From Candidatus Gastranaerophilales bacterium (GTDB lineage Bacteria > Cyanobacteriota > Vampirovibrionia > Gastranaerophilales > Gastranaerophilaceae), in the NCBI GenBank assembly GCA_944326475.1, contig CALVEC010000010.1, positions 3,602 through 67,601 of the forward strand: a stretch of 64,000 bases of DNA, in the 5' to 3' direction. Numbering within the stretch: the stretch's first letter is position 1; every line of letters starts with the position of its first letter. Position numbers and translations under genes: made by a program. The notes under the pieces were generated by a model that was not told the DNA's origin, made no database searches, and saw only the letters and a list, made by a program, of their open reading frames with translations. Below, one piece after another: positions 58,706-64,000 of the stretch.

Positions 58706-59956
58706 CTAGTACATCGACGCGCCAAAGACGTTGTAGTCGAATGTAAACTGTATGTCGACGCTGTCGCCTTTATACTCGGGCGGAAGCGGTTTGAAAGGTG
58801 CAGTCAGTTCGACAGCGTGTTTCGCCGCACTGTCTGCCGCCGGTAATCCGGAAGATTTCAATACCCTGTTGGACAAAAGTCTTCCGTCTCTTGCAATTCT
58901 GAACATAAGAACAACGCGTTTGCTTTCGTTGCCTTTCGGCGGATCCCAGTTCATTTTTATGCGTCTTTGAAGTTCGCGCATGTATGGTCCGAAATCCGGT
59001 TCTTTCAGTGCATCTATGCCGGGGGCACCTTTGGGGTTGCCCGGTCCAGGGTTGCCTATACTGCCGCCGGAACCGCCTCTGCCTGTGCCTGAGCGCCTTG
59101 CTGACGAGGCACCGCCTGAACCTGCCGGCGAGAAGCTCGGTGAAGGTGAAAATCTGCCGCCGCCTGAGGCTGAAGAACCGCCGCGTGAACCGCTTGGTGC
59201 ACCTGTAACCGGACCGCCTGCAGGACCTGCGACTTTTGGCGCTGTCGTCTTAGGTACCGGCATATTAAATGAGCCTTTCGGTTTTTGCACTGTTCTTGGC
59301 GCAGTGGGTTTTAGTGCCGGTCGCGGCGCCGGTGTTTGTATTTTTTCCTGGGTTGTTCCCTGCGGTTTTGGCGTTTCTGCCGGTTTTTGCACCGGTTTTG
59401 GCGCCGGAGGGGCTTCCCATGGCATTGTTAAAGCTTTTTTCGTCGGAGTCGGAGCTTTTTGCACCTGTTTTTTGGGCTGCTGACGTTTTGGTGCCGGTGT
59501 ACTCTGTCTCGGCTGTTGTTTTTGAACTCTCTGCTGTCTTTGCGGAGCCGATGGGGTGCTTGCTGCTTTTTGCGCAGGTGCAGGCGCTGCGGACGGCATT
59601 GATACTGCTCGTTTCGGGTCATGGATTCCGCCTGCGCGTGAGTTTATATCCGCCCGGTATCTCGTATTCTTGTTAATCGGTTCAGCTTCCTTCTGGACAA
59701 GCACAAACTCGATATCTTTCGGTTTTGGTTCCGGCTTATTAAAAATTGCAAAATTTACCCCGAGAAGGGCAAGTACAAAAACCAGAAGCGAGATTAATCC
59801 CAGAGTAAGCGGATGAAGCAGCGCTGCGATGAAAACACAGGTTTTTAAAGGAATTTCATCCTGTTCCTGTTTGTACAGCGCGCCGCTGTATTTACTTTCT
59901 CTTTCCTCTGTCTGCTGTTCTTCCGTTACAAACGGGTTATTTCCTAGTATCGTCAT
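58706..59956 (-). CDS. tonB: TonB-family energy transducer with an unusually long Pro/Lys/Gln-rich and Gly/Ser-rich linker
   Basis: N-terminal TM helix, about 230 aa of low complexity (PAPK/QKP repeats, then GGS repeats) and a C-terminal TonB_C-like domain (...YMRELQRRIKMNWDPP...VLMFRIARDGRL...). The ATG at 59956 has a GGGGA SD. The track uses 59983. Confidence 0.8.
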   Translation of the reverse strand: MTILGNNPFVTEEQQTEERESKYSGALYKQEQDEIPLKTCVFIAALLHPLTLGLISLLVFVLALLGVNFAIFNKPEPKPKDIEFVLVQKEAEPINKNTRYRADINSRAGGIHDPKRAVSMPSAAPAPAQKAASTPSAPQRQQRVQKQQPRQSTPAPKRQQPKKQVQKAPTPTKKALTMPWEAPPAPKPVQKPAETPKPQGTTQEKIQTPAPRPALKPTAPRTVQKPKGSFNMPVPKTTAPKVAGPAGGPVTGAPSGSRGGSSASGGGRFSPSPSFSPAGSGGASSARRSGTGRGGSGGSIGNPGPGNPKGAPGIDALKEPDFGPYMRELQRRIKMNWDPPKGNESKRVVLMFRIARDGRLLSNRVLKSSGLPAADSAAKHAVELTAPFKPLPPEYKGDSVDIQFTFDYNVFGASMY

Positions 59957-60053
59957 TTTTTCCCCAAGCTTTATTTTGGTCATAGTCTAGCAGAAAGCAG
60001 ACCGTAAAACAAATTAGCTGATTGACTTATTGTAATGTTTTTTTGTGTTAACC

Positions 60054-60081
60054 CGGTTGTCCCTGATTGTCCGGGACAACC
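60054..60081 (-). terminator. Hairpin between the TrbI-like gene and tonB (possible attenuator or weak terminator)
   Basis: CGGTTGTCCC-N8-GGGACAACCG, a perfect 10-bp stem. No clear U-tail on the minus strand. Confidence 0.3.
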
Positions 60082-60103
60082 GAAGTCTCACGTTTTTCTG
60101 TAA

Positions 60104-60802
60104 TTAGTATGCCTGCTGCGGGTTAACGGTTGCCGGCTGGTCAATTACAATATTCATCATAGTACCGGGGTTAACTTCAACATCAATACCCTTGTCCCAT
60201 AATGATTTGCCAAGACCTGCAACAGCTCCGACCGCTGTTCCCATAGCTGCGCCTTTTCCGACTTTACCGCCGGAGAGCGGTCCCATAATAGTTCCGCCTA
60301 CAGCACCTACAGCCGTGCCTACTGCAATATCTTTTGCATAAGCTTTTGCTGTGTCACCTTTTGTTCCGCCGACAAGAAGTCCGGTTCCGTCCTCTGTCTG
60401 GATTTTTCCGGAAATTGGAATCATCTGTCCGAACGGGGTTAATATATTTGTGAATTTGAGCATTAGCTGCCCGTTTGTTCCGGCTCTGCCGGCTTTTTTA
60501 ACCTGAATAACCGTACCGTTCACTGTGCTGCCTGACGGTGCAATCAGGGTGTTGTTGTAGTAAAAATCCTGCGGTATCGAGAAAGATACCCCCTGTCCCA
60601 GTGAAAGCTGGGAGGAAGAAAGTTGTATGGTTGTCATTGCGGGGATTGAAGTTCCGGATGGCACCATAACGACTTTGCCTTGAAGTGTTTGCGCCGCAGA
60701 TGCGGTCATCGAACTTTCGGGCATGCCTGCGCCGAATACCATTAGCGACAGCCCTAAAACTGCTGATATAACAAGCTTTTTCGTCAATACTCTTACCTCC
60801 AT
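60104..60802 (-). CDS. Secreted protein with a VirB10/TrbI-like beta-barrel pattern interrupted by a glycine-zipper segment
   Basis: 232 aa, AAGGA SD, signal peptide. ...VPSGTSIPAMTTIQLSS...LIAPSGSTVNGTVIQVKKAGRAGTNGQLMLKFTNILTPFGQMIPISGKI..., then GTAVGAVGGTIMGPLSGGKVGKGAAMGTAVGAVAGLG, then ...GIDVEVNPGTMMNIVIDQP. The domain call is from memory of the TrbI profile. Confidence 0.45.
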   Translation of the reverse strand: MEVRVLTKKLVISAVLGLSLMVFGAGMPESSMTASAAQTLQGKVVMVPSGTSIPAMTTIQLSSSQLSLGQGVSFSIPQDFYYNNTLIAPSGSTVNGTVIQVKKAGRAGTNGQLMLKFTNILTPFGQMIPISGKIQTEDGTGLLVGGTKGDTAKAYAKDIAVGTAVGAVGGTIMGPLSGGKVGKGAAMGTAVGAVAGLGKSLWDKGIDVEVNPGTMMNIVIDQPATVNPQQAY

Positions 60803-60953
60803 AACTTATCCTTACATTTATTATAACGTAATAAAATAATTTTTGTTCATTTTTTTATTTTTGTAAAATTTTTTGCGCTGCTCTTGCGCAGAGGGTGGAT
60901 GTGAGGTGGCAGCCGGTGTTGAATTTTTGGGGCAAGTATGCCCTACCTGCAGA

Positions 60954-61016
60954 CTTTTAACTTAATTCCGCATTTTGCGCTAAACACCGCGCCGGTAAGA
61001 TTCTGAACATGGAGAT
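60954..61016 (+). repeat. Intergenic structured repeat, copy C (3'-truncated)
   Basis: CTTTTAACTTAATTCCGCATTTTGCGCTAAACACCGCGCCGGTAAGATTCTGAACATGGAGAT. It matches the 5' part of copy B (rc) almost base for base and stops after GGAGAT. Confidence 0.6.
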
Positions 61017-61032
61017 TTAAATTATACATTTG

Positions 61033-61062
61033 TTGACTATATAAAAAAATATGCTGTAAAAT
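61033..61062 (+). promoter_or_regulatory. Candidate promoter placing the TSS at or next to the ATG of 61069 (possibly leaderless mRNA)
   Basis: TTGACT (61033-38), 18-nt spacer, TAAAAT (61057-62). Only 6 nt separate the -10 from the ATG, and there is no SD. Confidence 0.3.
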
Positions 61063-61068
61063 ATAACT

Positions 61069-62187
61069 ATGAAAAAGATAATTATTTATTTCATGCTCTT
61101 GGCATTCATTTTTTTGAATCTGCCAATTGCAGCTCTGGCGGAGGAGACATTTCAGGGGCACGCAGAGTATACGGATAAAATTCATAAAGAAAACGAAAAT
61201 CTGTTTACGGGCGAGGTTGATTCGCTTGATTCAAGAGACGTTATAAAAATGACGGTGTCGCAGGTTTTAAGCTCCGGATATACAGAGGAGGGCGATGAAT
61301 TTTTTGCGGAGATTTCAAGCGAAGTCACTGGTGAAAAAGGTGTTATACTGCCTGCCGGAACCATTGCACACGGAAAAGTCAGAGAGATTCAGGAATCGAA
61401 ACGCCTTGGCAGAGACGGCTGGATAGAGGTAAGCTTTGATTATCTTGTTACGCCTGACGGGCGTGAAATCCCGATTGAAGGCAAAATGTCCACAAAAATG
61501 AACCCCGTTCTCGGAACCGGAAAAGTAGTTGCCCAAAACATCGGATATACTGCCGCAGGCGGGGTTGTTGGCGGACTGGTTGCATTAAATCTGTTTGGTC
61601 TTCCCGCCGCAATTTCCAGCAACGGAACCACTCTTGCGGGAGGTGCAGCAGTCGGGGGAGTTGTCGGGCTTGGAATGGCGCTTTACAGAAAAGGCAAAGA
61701 TGTTCTTATTTCTCCGGGCGATGAAATAAGAGTCAAGGTCACAAGTTCCGTAAAATTGCCCGTGTTTACGGAAGAAGCTCTGAAACAGGAAGAAATAAAA
61801 TACGACGGGCTTAATGTAAAAATAACAAATATAGCAATAGAAAAAGACCCGTTCGGGGTTGAAAATACAATTACCGTCTCGCTTGTCATTACAAACCTGA
61901 CTGACAAATACTTTACAGGATTTGATATTGCGCTTATGAATGACATGAATGCGGTGTTTTACCCGTCAGTGTTTGGCGATACAGGGCTTATGTTTTCAAA
62001 AATAAAGCCGGGTGACAGAGTTACGGGAAAAATATCTTTTGCTGTTGATAATGTCAAAAGAAAGCACTGGCTTGTTTTCAGCGACAGAATGGCAAGAAAA
62101 CCGCTTGCCAAACTTTCTCTTGATAACGCCAAAAGGGATATTGCAAAAAAGAAGAACAAAAAACACAGGAAAGACACGGACGAATAA
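61069..62187 (+). CDS. Secreted paralog: VirB10/TrbI-like barrel + glycine zipper + C-terminal Ig-like (DUF4352-like) domain
   Basis: 372 aa, signal peptide. ...ILPAGTIAHGKVREIQESKRLGRDGWIEVSFDYLVTPDGREIPIEGKM..., then Gly-rich GYTAAGGVVGGLVAL...GGAAVGGVVGLGMAL, then ...GKDVLISPGDEIRVKVTSSV. An extra about 130-aa beta domain follows. Confidence 0.45.
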   Translation: MKKIIIYFMLLAFIFLNLPIAALAEETFQGHAEYTDKIHKENENLFTGEVDSLDSRDVIKMTVSQVLSSGYTEEGDEFFAEISSEVTGEKGVILPAGTIAHGKVREIQESKRLGRDGWIEVSFDYLVTPDGREIPIEGKMSTKMNPVLGTGKVVAQNIGYTAAGGVVGGLVALNLFGLPAAISSNGTTLAGGAAVGGVVGLGMALYRKGKDVLISPGDEIRVKVTSSVKLPVFTEEALKQEEIKYDGLNVKITNIAIEKDPFGVENTITVSLVITNLTDKYFTGFDIALMNDMNAVFYPSVFGDTGLMFSKIKPGDRVTGKISFAVDNVKRKHWLVFSDRMARKPLAKLSLDNAKRDIAKKKNKKHRKDTDE

Positions 62188-62321
62188 ATCCGACCTACAT
62201 TACTGTACCCCCGTTTTGTCTGCGCTTTATACCCTCTCCAGGAAGGATAGGGCAAGAACAGATTAAACCGTCTCCCTGATGGATTCCAATTAACAAACAA
62301 TATATTTTTCAGCGTGGTTTG

Positions 62322-64000
62322 TCAGAATTTTTTTAAATTCATATAGTAAGCGTCGACAGCCTTTTTGCCCTGTCTTCCGAAATCAATCACATACATTGAG
62401 GAGGAGCCGATGTCTTTAACTTCTTCTATTGTGCCTACACCGAATCTTTTGTGAAAAACGCGGTCGCCGACAGAAAAGAGAGTTATATCTTTGTAATGCG
62501 AGGCGGCTTCCTGTTTTTTCTTTTCCTCAAGTTTGCGTTTAATCGGATTGTCTTCAAGAATGCTCTTTACTTTTGCCTCGTCGTTTGCTTTATTTTTGTC
62601 GTTTTTAATTATAATCGGGTCTCTTTTGGGATTTGTTGGCTGCTTTTTAACAACCTTAGTCGTTGTATTTTGAATCGGCGCCTCAAATTTCATGCCGAAA
62701 CCTTTTTTCGTCGGTACATAACCTTTATTCACGTCAAGTTTAATACTTTGCACCGCTCTCTTAAATGTTGGCAGACTTGTATAATCCGTAGAGGATTTTC
62801 TTCTTTCAACAAGCTCGTCGGGTATTTCAGAAAGGAAGCGGCTTGGACTGTAGAATTTTATTTCTCCCCAAACGCGTCGTCTGTTTGCAAAACAGAGGAA
62901 AAGTTTTTCTTCCGCACGTGTTACGCCTACATACATAAGCCTTCTTTCTTCTTCCATTTCCGTGTTGTTATTAAGTGAGCGGCTGTGGGGGAAAATGCCT
63001 TCTTCCAGACCGGCTAAAAAGACTGTCTTAAATTCCAGTCCTTTTGCTGCGTGAAGGGTCATAAGTGTGACCGCATTGTCCTGCTCTGGCGTTTCATCGA
63101 GGTCGCTTACAAGAGCTACCTGGGCAAGAAACTCACCCAGAGCGTTGTCATTTTCCGTCGGTTCAAACTCTCTGGCTACGTTAATAAGCTCCTGAAGGTT
63201 GTCTATTCTTGCACGGGCTTCGTCCGTGTCTTCCTCCTGCAGCTCTCTTAAATAGCCTGATTCCTCAAGCAGTTCCGCTATAAACTCCGGAAGCGGCAAA
63301 ACATTTTTGCGCTGTGAAAGTTTTGTAAAAAGTTCCAAAAAGTCTTTAAATTTAGCTTTGATTTTTGGTGAAAAATCGTCGTATTCATCAATATTCGATA
63401 TGATTTGAAATAGCGAGCAGTCCAAAGATGTCGCAAGCTCCTGAACTTTACCCATAGTTGTTTCGCCGATAGAACGTTTAGGCACATTTATAATACGACG
63501 TAGGCTCTGGGAATCGTCCGGGTTATAAAGCAGTTTAAGGTAAGCTATCAAGTCTTTAATTTCTTTTCTGTCATAAAATTTAAGACCGCCGACCATTTTG
63601 TAGGGTACACCGTTGGCTATCATGGCTTCTTCGATAGCGCGCGACTGGGAGTTTGTTCTGTACAATACGGCATAATCGCTGTATTTTGCTTCTGCGGTTT
63701 TAATTCTTGAGGCAATGTAATTCGCTTCGCTGCTTTCATCTGCCGCCTCAAATATCTCTATTTTCTCGCCTTTTCCTTTTGTAGAATAAAGATTTTTGCT
63801 TACGCGTTCTGTGTTGTTAACAATAATAGCGTTCGCAGCGTTTAAAATGGTCTCTACGGAACGGTAATTTTGCTCGAGTTTTATGAGCTTTGCGTTTTTA
63901 AAATCAACCTGAAAATTCAAAATAATTTTGTAATCAGCGCCGCGCCAGCTATAAATCGACTGGTCAACATCCCCGACTACGCATAGGCTTCTGCCCTTTA
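62322..64000 (-). CDS. pcrA: ATP-dependent DNA helicase PcrA/UvrD (5' end outside the window)
   Basis: The frame stays open upstream of the track's pseudo-start to base 64000 (...VVGDVDQSIYSWRGADYKIILNF..., motif III). QNYRS (motif IV), TLHAAKGLEF and VGVTRAE (motifs V/VI), and a C-terminal Tudor-like FSVGDRVFHKRFGVGTI. Confidence 0.93.
   Translation of the reverse strand, partial: KGRSLCVVGDVDQSIYSWRGADYKIILNFQVDFKNAKLIKLEQNYRSVETILNAANAIIVNNTERVSKNLYSTKGKGEKIEIFEAADESSEANYIASRIKTAEAKYSDYAVLYRTNSQSRAIEEAMIANGVPYKMVGGLKFYDRKEIKDLIAYLKLLYNPDDSQSLRRIINVPKRSIGETTMGKVQELATSLDCSLFQIISNIDEYDDFSPKIKAKFKDFLELFTKLSQRKNVLPLPEFIAELLEESGYLRELQEEDTDEARARIDNLQELINVAREFEPTENDNALGEFLAQVALVSDLDETPEQDNAVTLMTLHAAKGLEFKTVFLAGLEEGIFPHSRSLNNNTEMEEERRLMYVGVTRAEEKLFLCFANRRRVWGEIKFYSPSRFLSEIPDELVERRKSSTDYTSLPTFKRAVQSIKLDVNKGYVPTKKGFGMKFEAPIQNTTTKVVKKQPTNPKRDPIIIKNDKNKANDEAKVKSILEDNPIKRKLEEKKKQEAASHYKDITLFSVGDRVFHKRFGVGTIEEVKDIGSSSMYVIDFGRQGKKAVDAYYMNLKKF

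Noticed and set aside
58980-59676. ORFs of 135-167 aa antisense to the Pro/Gly-rich tonB linker
   Set aside because: GC-rich repetitive coding sequence keeps several frames open. The products are Gly/Pro/Ala low complexity with no start context.

Overview
AT-rich bacterial chromosomal window, densely coded on both strands. I recognised no rRNA, tRNA, CRISPR array, transposase, integrase or phage genes. The content is that of a diderm, probably anaerobic organism. Envelope genes include lpxI-lpxB, a heptose-7-phosphate kinase, an O-antigen-ligase-like protein, a GT39/ArnT-like glycosyltransferase, a 1243-aa AsmA-family protein, two TolC-family proteins, a ShlB/FhaC-type transporter and a tonB-exbB-exbD-exbD operon. 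Housekeeping genes are era, ligA, dnaJ, grpE, pcrA (partial), queH and a single-chain pyruvate:ferredoxin oxidoreductase. Two paralogous marR-emrA-emrB-like efflux modules are present. The VKOR-thioredoxin fusion and a DUF4330-like gene hint at a cyanobacteria-related non-photosynthetic lineage (Melainabacteria-like), but that is inference only. Five observations are most worth a second look. (1) A family of structured intergenic repeats has three clear copies, one degenerate copy and one expanded GC-rich copy; its closing stem covaries (ATGCTGAA/TTCAGCAT versus ATCCTGAA/TTCAGGAT). (2) Two divergent paralogous secreted proteins look like VirB10/TrbI barrels with a glycine zipper in place of the antenna; one lies directly upstream of tonB and there is no other T4SS gene. 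(3) An edge ORF missing from the supplied track fuses a glycogen-synthase-like GT5 domain to a PIG-L/LmbE deacetylase domain. (4) An orphan TpsB-type transporter is translationally coupled to a 92-aa secreted protein, with no large TpsA nearby. (5) Tandem plus-strand terminators have no plus-strand ORF in front of them. All family assignments come from motif recognition by eye; no database search was run.
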